Assembly: GCF_006345805.1 (NCBI RefSeq)
Contig: NC_043008.1
Location: 17,174,001-17,238,000 of the forward strand
DNA from: Octopus sinensis
Lineage: Eukaryota
Direction: 5' to 3'
Length of the DNA: 64,000 bases
Position 1 is the first letter of the stretch, and every line of letters starts with the position of its first letter. The notes beneath the pieces were generated by a model. The model saw only the letters and a program-made list of their open reading frames with translations, had not been told where the DNA came from and made no database searches. The position numbers and the translations under genes were made by a program. Of the stretch, positions 12,599 through 25,525 are shown piece by piece.

Positions 12599-14558
12599 AT
12601 ATTATATATATATCTATCTAATTTCCACGCTGTGTGCTCATGCTAGCTACTTTCAATGGCTTTTGTGCACTGGGCCCTCCAACAAGAAATAGCATCAACG
12701 ATAACGGCACAAAACTATTATGATCTCTTGGACGTTGACTGATGAGGAATAAGCTATAAATTTTCTGGTTGTTAGGCTTTTGTCAAATTTTCTGTGTTTT
12801 GCTAAATATTCTGCTTATTTCTTTATTAAAAATTCCTGGCCTAAACAACTATAGCAACTATAGCAACTGCAACTACTCTACAAAAATCAAATTAGGATAA
12901 TAATATAGTTCCTTGTACTAGTCAAAACCTGACAACTTGACAAGAAGTCTTTAATCATAAATTTCAAAGACCCCAGTAGGAATAATAATGAAGTGTGCCG
13001 TGTCCGCCTGCGTACAATTTCAGAAAGTGCTTAATGTTATTCGGGGGAAATCAGTCACATTTCTGGATATACTTTCTGATGTACATTAATTTCTGATAAC
13101 GCTTGTATAGTATTGTCATTTATATGTATATGTATAGTTGTGCATAAAAGAGTAAGATTATCTAATTCTACAATCATATGAATTAGTGATAGCATTTTCC
13201 CTTGTCCATGTCAATTACCAAGATGCTTTACAGTTCTAATCCTGTTGTTAAGTGTGTATTGGCGTTGAAATACTGTGGAACATTTTCCATGGAGAAACGA
13301 CGCCAGCTGTCATGTGATTGGCTTATTGAATGATGAGTGCATAATTTGTAGTCATCATTTGTTGAGTGAAACCCCACGTATCCGATGGTGATATATACTA
13401 ATCCAGCGGTATACAATTTCAGTTGAGTGACTTAACTCATTTAGTTTTAAGTGTTTTTCTGAGGGATAAAGCCAAATATTGACAGATAATCCTTCAGACA
13501 TGCAGTATTTCGAAATGGGAACCAGAAGTTGTATAATATATGCAAATAGCGACGAATCTACATGGTATGCCTGAAAAATAGGACCCTCTTAAAGAACAAT
13601 ATTTGTGAAGATATTTACCTTTGATTGTAAACGTTTCGCTGCTGATTATCCCCTGTTGAGCCCTGATCGAAGTGATTAATGATCAATGGGGCTTCAGCTG
13701 CAAACAGCCGTCCCTTTTGTTTATCCAAGAATCCTATTGCTTATAATGTTATATATTTTAAAGACAATGATGGGATTTAAGGTAAATTTGAAAGCTATTT
13801 CTGGGAAGATCAACGACCAAGAAACAGCTTCCAAGCATGACCACAGAGTGTTTGATTTACTGCCTTGCTTCATATTCAACAGTGTTTATAAACCAAACAT
13901 ACATGTTTCAGAGAATGGGTTTGAATTTATATAATTCATGTGTAACATCTCTACAATTTTATTTCATTTTAAATACGTCATACTGTCAATTTGATAAAAA
14001 AAAAACATAGCACTAACGGTAATACAATAAAGAATAACAATTGTATAACCCATCTTGCAACAAAAATTAGTGTCGGTAAAACTGTAAAGGAAATATGAAA
14101 TAATGAAACATATGATTCAACATTGTGAAGAAACACACTACATTTTAAAGAGGACGAATTAATTAGAGACGTATGACTGGTACCAGGATGCATTTCAAGA
14201 AGAAATACATGATCTTCGATGGATTTGTCTTCTATTCACTTATAAAGAGAAACCATTTGTTTCCAGAGATAGGAAGTGACCTTAATAAAAGATACGAAAA
14301 TCGAAATAACATAATACGCATACTCATATTTTAATGAACATAGTTTGTTAAATTCTAAGTAATGGTTACCTATAATTTTCAAGTTTCAGAACCTTATGCT
14401 CCTTGAGACAAGGGTGGGAATTCTACTAAATAAAGGAAATACGAAATAGTATGTTGATTAACAGATGGCCAAAAGCGTTATCATTCTGGAGTAATAGAAA
14501 ATACATACATGCAAAAATGTGTGTGTGCGCTTATGTATGAATGCATTTATGTATGATT

Positions 14559-15112
14559 CTTTCAACTTCTTCAAGTATCACTTGAAGAAAAAAGTGAGAG
14601 TAGAGAGGCAAGTTTTGTCTAGTGAATGTTTTAAAAAAAGATGGGTGAATGTAGCAAGGATGGCACGTATGAATGACGAAGCCACCTTGGACTATGATTC
14701 TATGAACCGTAAAAATTAATACAGAGAGTGCTTATTTGCAAAAAAAAAAAAAAAAAAAGAAATATAACATGTGACTTCATTGACCGAGGTTACCGTGGTC
14801 TTTTCCGTAGGCTTTTCTTTCCACGGGTAAACCTCACCTGTCCTCCCCTTTACACTTCATATTGACATTTCTGTGATAACGATCCCTATTGATCAATTTT
14901 TTTCCTCTCCCCCTTTTTTTTAACACCCCCCTTTTTTTTGTCCTCTTTCTCTCCTTTTACGATCCCTTTTGATCGACCCCCCCTTTTTAATTTTATTTTT
15001 ATTTTATTTTTTTATTTTTTTATTTTTTTTTATTTTTTAAACCTTCAAAAGAAAAGCTCTACCTTGTAATTTGTTCTATCTGTGTGCAGCCCTGTGTGGC
15101 TAATAAAGAAAC
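14559..15112 (+). mobile_element. 5'-truncated L1/Tx1-like LINE: ORF2 C-terminus plus 3' UTR, followed by (TATC)n
   Basis: FNFFKYHLKKKVRVERQVLSSECFKKRWVNVARMARMN resembles a Tx1 ORF2 end. UTR ends ...gcagccctgtgtggctaataaagaaac. Homologous ends at 15240 and 28929. Confidence 0.7.
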
Positions 15113-15113
15113 A

Positions 15114-15184
<71 letters not shown>

Positions 15185-15239
15185 TTATATTTTTTTTATA
15201 TTTTATTTAATTTTTAAATTTTTTTTCTTTTTTTCTTCC

Positions 15240-15386
15240 CTTTTACGATCCCTCTTGATCGAAAACCTACGCCACCCCTTTTTTATTCTCTTTTGTTTTT
15301 TTTGTTTTTTTGTTCATCCCCCAAGAAAAGCTCTACCTTGTAACTTGTCCCATCTGTGTGCAGCCATGTGTGGCCAATAAAGAAAC
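15240..15386 (+). mobile_element. second 3' end of the same Tx1-like LINE, in tandem, followed by (TATC)n
   Basis: aagaaaagctctaccttgtaacttgtcccatctgtgtgcagccatgtgtggccaataaagaaac matches 15050-15112. Confidence 0.85.
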
Positions 15387-15484
<98 letters not shown>

Positions 15485-15952
15485 GCCTGTCTATCTATCT
15501 ATATTTCTGTCTGTCTATCTATTTATCTCTCTGTATATGTTATATATTAGTAAACTGACATAAAGTACATTTCTAACAGCACTTCAGATACTTGGAATCA
15601 TTGGAGTTGATTCGAATTCTTCCTTAAGGAAAAATTAAGAACAACATCTCTCCGAACATCAAATGATGTTAGGAATAACGAATATAATCCAAGTGGGAAC
15701 TAAGTATAGCAAAATATTTCACCGTTTGATGCATTCACTTCTGTTGCTGGAAGATATGTTTTCTCTAAAACGTTGGTAGCTAAATTTGATTCTAAGGGTC
15801 GTTAGCCCCTGGAAAACCCTTGCAAAGGAAGCTTAACAAAGGCCTCAAATCTTTATAAATCTCACTTATCTCATAAATAATTACTTTCTTTCTTTCTTTC
15901 TTTCTTTATTTAGTTCTGTCTCTCACCCTATAAATATAATATATATAACATT

Positions 15953-15991
<39 letters not shown>

Positions 15992-18273
15992 TATATATAA
16001 TATATTATATAATATACATTTGTATATATACACATGCATACATATACACACACATCTGCATACATACACATTCACACAAAATCGTGTATATGTAGGTATT
16101 AACTTTTCGCGACAGTAGCAGTATTCGTTGTATTAGATACGCTTATATCTTATATCCTTATATCTTACTTAAAGCATATATATTATTGAAAGCTTTTTAG
16201 TCATTCTTTAACTATATCATATGGCCTCCGATTTTTGCTTAGCACGTGGCACTTGTGGATTCTTGATACCGATGAATCCAAAAGAAGTAGGCGTGCATAC
16301 TTAGAAAGCCTACCGCTGAATATATTTCTGTGGTTTTTAACATTGTACATGCATAATATATAGATGGGAGAGAAACACCAGTTATTTCCCATCTATATAT
16401 AAACTGGTCATATAAGTACATTATCTGGGAACCGTCATGTTGCAGAGACTAAACCTTATTAGTCACATGAAAATTTACAATACTAAATTGGTATCTTTTA
16501 TATGATCGTTCCACTTCCTGGAAATAACAATAAACAATTCCTTCAAATCATTTTCACTTTCTTTACATATAAAGAGAAATGCGATATTAGATAACATAAT
16601 TATGAATACAAGGTAGTCAATACTGGAATGCGAATGACTATGAGCATGTTTGATGATAACTAATCACCAGCAGATTTGTTAAATTTTACTGTATCCAATC
16701 ACTATTGATGATAATGTCATTCTCCGTTGTATTAATAAGAGAGGCATTCGTTGGTCATTTCAAACCAATTACTTTGAATGATTTGATGTTTTAGTTCATG
16801 TAAGTGACAAGTATGTACACAGAATAGGTAACGTAAGGGCTAGGCAAAGAAACAAAGAGGGGTGAGAAGATGGGATCTAGTGTATCGATTCAGGTGTGAA
16901 AGAAATGGTAAATATCTTTAGCTATTTTTGGAGCTGAAATCTTCGTACTTACGCAGAACCCACAGAGTGAGAGAACAACGCTTAGAAAGCATAATAGTGT
17001 TATGTGGGTTCAGTTTTCTGATATGGATCTAGCTAGACTATTCAAGTTATTCACTAGCCACTAAAACAAGAAATATTTTCTGACTCTGGAAGGAAAGCAA
17101 TTGTTTCAGATATAAATTTGCGATGTTATGAACCTAGACATGGCGGCGATATGCTCAATAAACATACGGAATTAATTTGAGAATAATTTTCTGTTGTCAA
17201 AGATTATGGAATTTCAGAAAGGTGATGTTCTCCTTGATATAAGTAGCGAATATGTCTGTGTGATGACCCATATGAAAAATTATAATGGGAGCCGTGAGAC
17301 ATCTAGGATAAGCTGTACCTAATCAACCTCATTTGTTCTTGCATATTTTGAGACATATTCAAAATAATTTTCAATTTTTTCAGCATAGAAGTTTTCAGTT
17401 TTACCAGACAGTACAGCTTTGAGTAAGTGTAAAGACTGAACGAAATATGCAAGTCTTCATAAGCAAATACAGAAACAAAGTCAGATCAGTTCGATAATAT
17501 ACATTTATGAGTATAAGGAAGCATGTGTAATTTTCACACATACACACACAAACATATATATTTGAATATTGCAGGACCTGGCTGTGGTTTAATATGTGAC
17601 ATATGTGACTATTTCATAAAGTTAGTAAGTAGCCATATAAAATGCCTAGAAATATTTGATGCGTTCTTTTGAATTCAGAGTACAAAAATAAACCGGAGCC
17701 GCAACATGAATGACAATTTATTAAAGACTTTGGAAGAGAGTGGAAAGATAGTAACTGATCAGCGAAAAGAATAACTTCGATAGCAATATTAGTTTGTTCT
17801 AATAATAAATGTTTATAAAATGTTTCTTAAAATTTTACAACTAGAAACTGGATATTGGCCAGAAAATTATATAAAACCTATTGAAAATTTTGATGAAATG
17901 TTGGGAGGTGGAGTAATATTTTTGGAAATCCTTTAGCTTTTATATAAACTTCGAAAAAGAAAAACACTTCATATTGGTTTGGGTGTTTCTCCATACAAAG
18001 TCCCTAGAAATGATAGTCAGGTTCCTAAGATATTATCCATTCTCCACGAAGAAATGTTGTTTTAATGAGCCAACTTAAAATGTAATAATAGTGAAAACCG
18101 CTGGATCCAAGTGAAGTTTGATTTGACCTGATCATATACAGTTTTAGATTTCATAAATCACAAAAATAGCAGAGGTTCGAAGGTTTAAGAGGATCGGGTG
18201 AAGTTTTGACATGATAAATTTATGCTTAATAAAACTTATTCATGCAAAGAATTATTCACGTTACCTTCTCTCA

Positions 18274-18330
<57 letters not shown>

Positions 18331-18931
18331 TCTCTTATAATTACAGTTACTTGAATTTCAGTACCTTACATTACACCAGAAGCTCATTAGCCCTTCACAG
18401 AAGTGTAATTATCAAGCGACCTGGAAGATAATATTTTGCTTAGCATCGCTAATAAATCCAAGAATCATATTGAATTAATCTACTTCTCGGAAACTTGTCA
18501 AAATTTTATTTGAAAAAAAAACAAAACATGTATTTAAAACGTCCTTTAAAAGTTTACTTTATTTCACATACTTTATTCCAATTTTTTATCTTTATATATT
18601 TAACTTTGAGTTCTTTACAAAATTAATTTTTATATAAAGCTAGCGAAATAATAATAACGCAAAAGAGAAAAAAATATTATCTCCATTCTGCTTTCCAAAA
18701 ATTATATCCTTTTCAGCAATTTCATCGCCACACAATATAAGCGAATTTGGAACGGAAATCGTAGAAACGTCACCGACTTAAGACATACAATTACTGTCAT
18801 TCACTGCATGTTAATATTCCGCTATTGTTACTTATCCTAGTTTTGCAGTTTCGCCACATCTTTCATTTAGTTATTACTGTTTCACTTCAGAAAAAACGCT
18901 TCATTCCATGTTAATTTTTATTTTAAGTAAT

Positions 18932-19031
18932 NNNNNNNNNNNNNNNNNNNNNNNNNNNNNNNNNNNNNNNNNNNNNNNNNNNNNNNNNNNNNNNNNNNNN
19001 NNNNNNNNNNNNNNNNNNNNNNNNNNNNNNN
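18932..19031. other. assembly gap (100 N)
   Basis: Run of N. Confidence 1.
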
Positions 19032-19368
19032 TACCATCAAGATGTAGGACAAGATTCTGTGATAGCCTGGGCTTCCGAGACCCACAGCTCTTCAATATCC
19101 TCCCGAAGAACCTGAGAGACCTGCATGGGGTGGATACAGATGTCTTTAAAATGAAGCTGGATCTCTTCCTGTCAGGTGTCCCAGATGAACCAACTTCACG
19201 GCAGGAGGGGCAGATGAGGGCAGCTGCATCGAACTCTCTCATGGCACCAAATAGCAGTTGCTAGAAAGCCTCCATGAAGTGAAACCAAGTAGCAACACCA
19301 AATGGCGGTGCCCCAGCATGGCCACAGCTCATAAGCTGAAACTAGAATCAATCAATCAATCAATCAAT
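19032..19368 (+). mobile_element. CR1/L2-group LINE 3' end (ORF2 C-terminus, 3' UTR, (AATC)n tail)
   Basis: FRDPQLFNILPKNLRDLHGVDTDVFKMKLDLFLSGVPDEP...RAAASNSL is a typical ORF2 terminus. UTR ends ggcggtgccccagcatggccacagctcataagctgaaactag(aatc)n. Confidence 0.85.
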
Positions 19369-20454
19369 ATGTGTTTGTAAATATGTATGTATTTATTTAT
19401 TCATTTATATATTTGTATCCATCGTTAAACAAGGCATTAGACTGCCCGAAACTAGCTGCAGACACTTGACCAATGTGACATGCAAGGAGACTGAACCCGG
19501 CATGTTTTGCCACACACGATGTGAACTAAACAAGATATTCTTAAAATTCTAAAATCTTAGAAAATTTGATAAGTCTGAAACTGTGTCATGCTTTCAACTG
19601 AACGATAAATAAAAATTTCAGTGTTTACAAATGAGCAGTTTTAACTTCAGGCTTCAGGCTTTGATTCTGAACGAACTTGGCTTACAAGAATTTATGTTTT
19701 GCTGGGCGAATCTCAATGCCCCTCAGCTTAAATACGAAATTAAAAATCAAATAGTTACATTTTTGTGCCTTCACATTTAGCATAAGTAAATAATTCCAAA
19801 GAAATATTATGTTAACTGCGCGGAAGAATGAATGATCCTGCCTCACAGCATGTTAACGGAGCCGAAAGAGATTATTTGGCAGACGTGAAGCCTAGCTGGT
19901 TGATTGGTCAGAAGATACTAATTTTTCGCTTGAACGCTCATGGTAGTTGAGGTAGAAGAAGCCAAGCGATATGTAACTTCTCATCCCAATGAAGATAAAC
20001 ATAGCTGCCTTTCTCCACGTTGCCAAAGAAAGATCAATAACAGATCACTCAGACTCGGAAAACTGAGAAATGAATCTGTCGCGCTAAGAATGATTCCGAT
20101 TCCAAATTGAAATCTAACAACAAATCAGTCATTTCAAAATTAACTGATGAAAATAGATTTGGTACATTTAAGCTTCCCGAGGTAAATCTTGGAGTAATCG
20201 AAATAGTCATCAGGGCTGCACCCAATCGTCGTTCTTCTCAGACTAACTATTATTACACTTAAGCAAATTCTCCACACATACATATCTACATGTATAAGTG
20301 TGCACATAAATATATATGTGTACATTTGGTTATATAAATATGTACTACGTGGGGAGAGGTGTTTTTTGTATATGAATATTACGTTCTTAACGTTAAAGTA
20401 TACAATGCTAGTAATAATAATGATAGTGTGATAAAACAGATAATAATTAATATA

Positions 20455-20459
20455 ATTCA

Positions 20460-20517
<58 letters not shown>

Positions 20518-20605
20518 TTAATAACAACAACAACAATAATAATAATAATAATAATAAAAATAATAATAATAATGATAATAATGATAAAAGTAATAATAAT
20601 AATAA
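20455..20605. repeat. (AAT)n microsatellite
   Basis: Directly visible. Confidence 0.97.
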
Positions 20606-20880
20606 AAATATCAACTAGCTGGACTCGTGAAAAGTACACGGGAAATATAAAACATGTAAGCATCCGTAAGTTGTGTGCTGGTGCCATGTGAAATGCCTTT
20701 ATATTGTGACAGTTACATTATGAGTCCAAATTCCGCCGAGGTCGACTTTGCCTGTCATCCTTTCGGCGACAATAAATTAAGTACCAGTTGCGTACTGAGG
20801 TTGATTTAAGTGACTGGCTCCTCCCCGCAAATATTCAGAGAACTCTCTTGGTTCAGTGGCACGGAACGTTTTTTGTCGTA

Positions 20881-21228
20881 TTCTTTAATTCTTTTACTTC
20901 TCAGTCATTTAACGGTGGCCATGCTGGAGCACCACCATATAGTCGAAGGAATTGATCCCGGGACTTATTCTCTGTAAGCCTGCTGCTTATTTCATAAGTC
21001 TCATCTGCTGAATAGCTAAGTTACAGGGACGCAAGCACACCAACATCGGTTGTCAAGCAATGGTAGTGGGGGACAATCACAGACACAAATACACACACAC
21101 TCACATATATATATATACCAAGTAATGTTGCTGGGGAAAACTGGCATAAGCCCACACACACGTAAATACATGCATATATACATACATACAGGCGCACACA
21201 CATACGTATATATATAGATGACGGGCTT
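20881..21228 (-). mobile_element. SINE family A, head missing
   Basis: Tail ggccatgctggagcacc, homology ends at gacgggctt. Confidence 0.85.
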
Positions 21229-22388
21229 GGTTGGTGGTGATTCTGGGTGGTGCGATTTTGGGATTTACTGTGGTATGCCGAGAGAATCCCAGCTCTGTTT
21301 CTCATATTTTCTAAGTACATCTGCTTTGCTCTTGACTCATGAGTTCTCGATTCTGTTGATCTCTATCTCTCTCATTTTGAAAATACACTTCTCTTTGGCC
21401 CTGGCTCAGTTCTTCTATCATTTGCTGAATTCTTTCCCTCCTATGCCGTAGGATAGGCTCCCTCACCTCTTGGCTTATTTAATTTTTTTGCAGTCTCATC
21501 CTCACGGGATTTTGATTTCTTATTTCATCCCACTGTTCCTCGCACAATCGTTCTCTTCTTCTACGCTGACACTCTCGTTCCTCATCCCTTATGCGATTAT
21601 TCATATTTTAAAACTTGTTATTAAAACAATAAATCTCAAAAATTATTCAACGTATTTCAATCGTAAACACGTACGACTCTATTAGACAGTTTTTGTTTAA
21701 AGGTAAAGATATTTCTGAAATACTCACCTTCTATGACACAGTACAGTAATTAATAATAAAGTACGAAAGTAAAAAAAGTAAAGGGAAAAGTAGAACTAAT
21801 ATTTTTGATTTTGTTCGGTTCTATGAATTTTTTTTAATGCTTTCGTCAATTGCTTGATACAAGAAGAAACTGGAAAAATCTTGACCAAAGCAGAGAAATC
21901 CTAACTTAACAAACAATATAGAAAGAGAAAGTTGCGTTTATTTCTACCACGCGACACTTATTATCGCACACACACTTTTGATACACATCAGCAAATGAGC
22001 CAATGTGGTTGTTCAATTTGCTAGAAATAACAACCAAATCTCTTTTACATTATGCTCTTGTTAGTATTAAGGAAAGGGAAAAAATAAAAGTAATATTTTT
22101 GATTGTGTTCGGCTCTATGAATTTACCTTTTTTTTTAAAATGTTTTCGTCCATTACTTGATCAAGAAAAAAGAAATTGGAAAAATTCTAACCAAAACAGT
22201 GAAATTGTAACTTAACGAAAAATATAAAAAGAGAAAGAAAAGGTTGTATTCTAATGCCAAAAAATGTTTTTTTAGCTAAGGTGTGATTTTATAATTAAAA
22301 CAAATTTAAAATTTAAATTTCAGAACATTAGACTTAACATGTTATCTGGTGTATGGCTTAATTGAAATGGGTACAAGACCTAAAACAA

Positions 22389-22435
<47 letters not shown>

Positions 22436-23087
22436 ATCGGATGGATAAATTGTTAGATAGATAGATTAATTGATTGATTGATTGACAGATACACAGACAG
22501 GCAGAGGGATAAGCGCACACACATATATACATATATAAATGTGTGTATATATACACACAGACGAACACACACTCGCGTTAATCATTAGACTGCGGACATG
22601 TTGCACTCGAAGATTACACAATGAATTGTATTTAGTCGCCTATTCTTACGTCTTCACTTCAAAACACGCTAAGGTCCACTTTGACAATTAATGTTCTTTG
22701 GTCGATATGAATTTACAAAGATGAATGAATGACAGTCAAGTCTACGTAATAGTCAGCAAGACCTATAAGAATTATATTCATCAGAGAATGATATAAGTGT
22801 TTTCGATCTAACATCTAGTATTTAATTTGATGTCATAGAGCTAATGTAATGCTGATCTCGAGACAATGTTTGATGAAAGAAATAATTAGCTGTAATTAAG
22901 TATTGATACCTCAACGGACATCTCCGCATATTGAATTAATACGTAGTAAAAATCTAGATGATAAAAACCTTCCTGATTATATAATATACACTAGCTATTG
23001 TGTGTGTGTCTATGTGTGTTTGTGCGTGCACGCACAAATGAAGCTACATAGAAATCCTTACACAATATATTTTTTAAAATTTCATCT

Positions 23088-23128
23088 AGTTTCAGCTCAC
23101 GAGCTTTGGCCATGCTGGGGCACCGCCA
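23088..23128 (-). mobile_element. isolated 3' terminus of the CR1/L2-group LINE
   Basis: ctagtttcagctcacgagctttggccatgctggggcaccgcc is the reverse complement of 19304-19345. A shorter copy lies at about 39069-39097. Confidence 0.8.
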
Positions 23129-23155
23129 TTTAAACATAAGGACAGACGAAATACC

Positions 23156-23383
23156 TATTTCTTTACTACCCGCAAGGAGCTAAACACAGAGAGAACAAAC
23201 AAGGACAAAGGGATTAAGTCGATTACATCGATCCCAGTGCTTAACTGCTACTTAATTGATCGACCCCGAAAGGATGAAAGGCAAAGTCGACCTCGGCGGA
23301 ATTTGAACTCACACTGTAACGGCAGACGAAATATCGCTAAGCATTTCGCCCGGCATCCTAACGATTATGCCAGCTCGCTGCCT
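23156..23383 (-). mobile_element. SINE family C (tail-1 type), full length
   Basis: Tail tatttctttactacccgcaagg through head gccagctcgctgcc. Confidence 0.92.
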
Positions 23384-24079
23384 TTAAAAATATACACATA
23401 TTTTCTTATGCTACTTTCACACACATATTTTCACATATATTCACATACACAGACATATTTACACATGCACACACACATTAATAGGCACAATTTTGTCATC
23501 GGAGACAACAATTAACTCTCGAACTTCCTGTTAGTCAAAGGTTAAACGAGAGAACGTATCCCACAGGCAGTTTTTTTTCCTGCTCTCTTTTCTCGATTCT
23601 TATTTCCTGTTATCTCGTCCTTGTGTGTCTCTTGACATTACTATGATTTCTGACGAATAACTATGTCTGAAACGTTAAGCTTTTTACTCGATAACACTTT
23701 AATCTATATTTATTTTCTTCTCTAAAGGTCAGCCTAACTATATTAACTGTGAATCGCCGTTGGACATTTCTTGTTTTTGTTTTTCCATTTGGTTTGCTTT
23801 ATACATGTGTGAGAATGTATAACGTTATAAAATGTATGCTATAATTAGCAATAACGTGTGGATGTACATTTAATAGAATATATCCTACCAATATAAACAT
23901 TTCCTAGGTTTGTTAGAGAAAAATAAGTTGTTATTTTTACGTTGATGCTTCAAGAAATTCAGAAAAGGACAATAGAACCAGAAACATCTGTATGGATCTA
24001 TGAACAGAAATCATATATGTTTCAAGAAGAGAAGTAAAATTGCATGATTCAAATACAGAATGTACGAGAATAAGCATAC

Positions 24080-24395
24080 TATGTATGTATGTATGTAAGT
24101 ATGTATGTATGTATGTATGTATGTATGTATGTATGTATGTATGTATGTATTTATGTATGTATGTATTTATGTATGTATGTACGTATATATGTACGTATAT
24201 GTGTATATATATATATGAATATATATGTATATATACATGTATACAGACGTATATATACATGTATATATATACATATTTATAAGTATATATATATATATAT
24301 CTACGTATATATATATATGTATAGAACGAGAGAGATAGAGAAAGGGAAGGAGAGCGAGAAAAATAGATAGATAGGTAGATATATAGATAGATAGT

Positions 24396-24486
<91 letters not shown>

Positions 24487-24495
24487 ATAGATAGA
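24080..24495. repeat. (GTAT)n, (TA)n and (GATA)n microsatellites
   Basis: Directly visible. Confidence 0.97.
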
Positions 24496-25108
24496 ATGCA
24501 GATATGACATTCAATGAATTTGGAAATAATACGAAGTATACACTTGAAATGTTTGATAATATCATTTCCGTTCCTTGCTTGCTGTCATTTCAAAAAAGGC
24601 ATATTTACTGCACTTCAGAAAATAAAGAGAATACTGCAGCCATTGAAAAAAATAATAATGAAAAGTGTCGCCAGCAAATCTTTATTTGTAAAGATAACGA
24701 AAGTATTATGTATTATGAATTCAATACATGATTCAAGAGCCAAAGAAAACCCTGTTGAAGTTAGACAGGAATGTTATATATGAAGTAAAAAAAAAAAAGG
24801 GTTTTATTTTTACCATGTATACTTTTTTAATTTCTTCCTACGCTGTTGCACGCGTTATTTTCCCTCACCGTTTTCCATCTGTATCTGTTTGTTAAAACTA
24901 AGAGATAAATGTATATAAGCTTGTTAAATAACAACCAAGGAGACGACGGCTAGAAAACTGATTCTTTAGTTTCTGATTTTGTGTATATCAATGTAATCAT
25001 CCTCAATGACATAATCAAGATATATCTTATTATAAAATGTTCTGTGTGTCTTTCCTTATCTCTCACCCACTTGTGGATAAGTAGAGGTACATGGCCTGGT
25101 GTGTTGGA

Positions 25109-25525
25109 AAGGCGACAAGCTGGCAGAAACGTTTTCACGCCGGGCGAAATGCGTAGCCGTATTTCGTCTGCAGCTACGTTCTGAGTTCAAATTACGCCGA
25201 GGTCGACTTTGCCTTTCATCCTTTCGGGGTCGATAAGTTAAGTACCAGTTACGCACTGAGGTCGATGTAATCGACTTAATACCTAAATCTTTCCTTGTTT
25301 GTCCCCTCTATGTTTAGCTCCTTGTGGGTAATAAAGAAACAGATATTTCGTCTGCAGATACGTTCTGAGTTCAAATTCCGCCGAGGTCGACTTTGCCTTT
25401 CATCCTTTCGGTGTCGATTAAATAAGTATCAGTTACGCCCTGGGTCGATGTAATCGACTTAATCCGTTTGTCTGTCCTTGTTTGTCCCCTCTGTGTTTAG
25501 TCCCTTATGGATGGTAAAGATATAG
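25109..25525 (+). mobile_element. SINE family C tandem: full copy plus a copy starting inside the head
   Basis: Tail aaagaaaca at about 25341 runs into gatatttcgtctgcagatacgttctgagttc. Confidence 0.92.

Noticed and set aside
12010-12621. 203-aa ORF
   Set aside because: Antisense reading of a SINE-A copy plus (TATC)n. Similar peptides recur wherever the SINE occurs.
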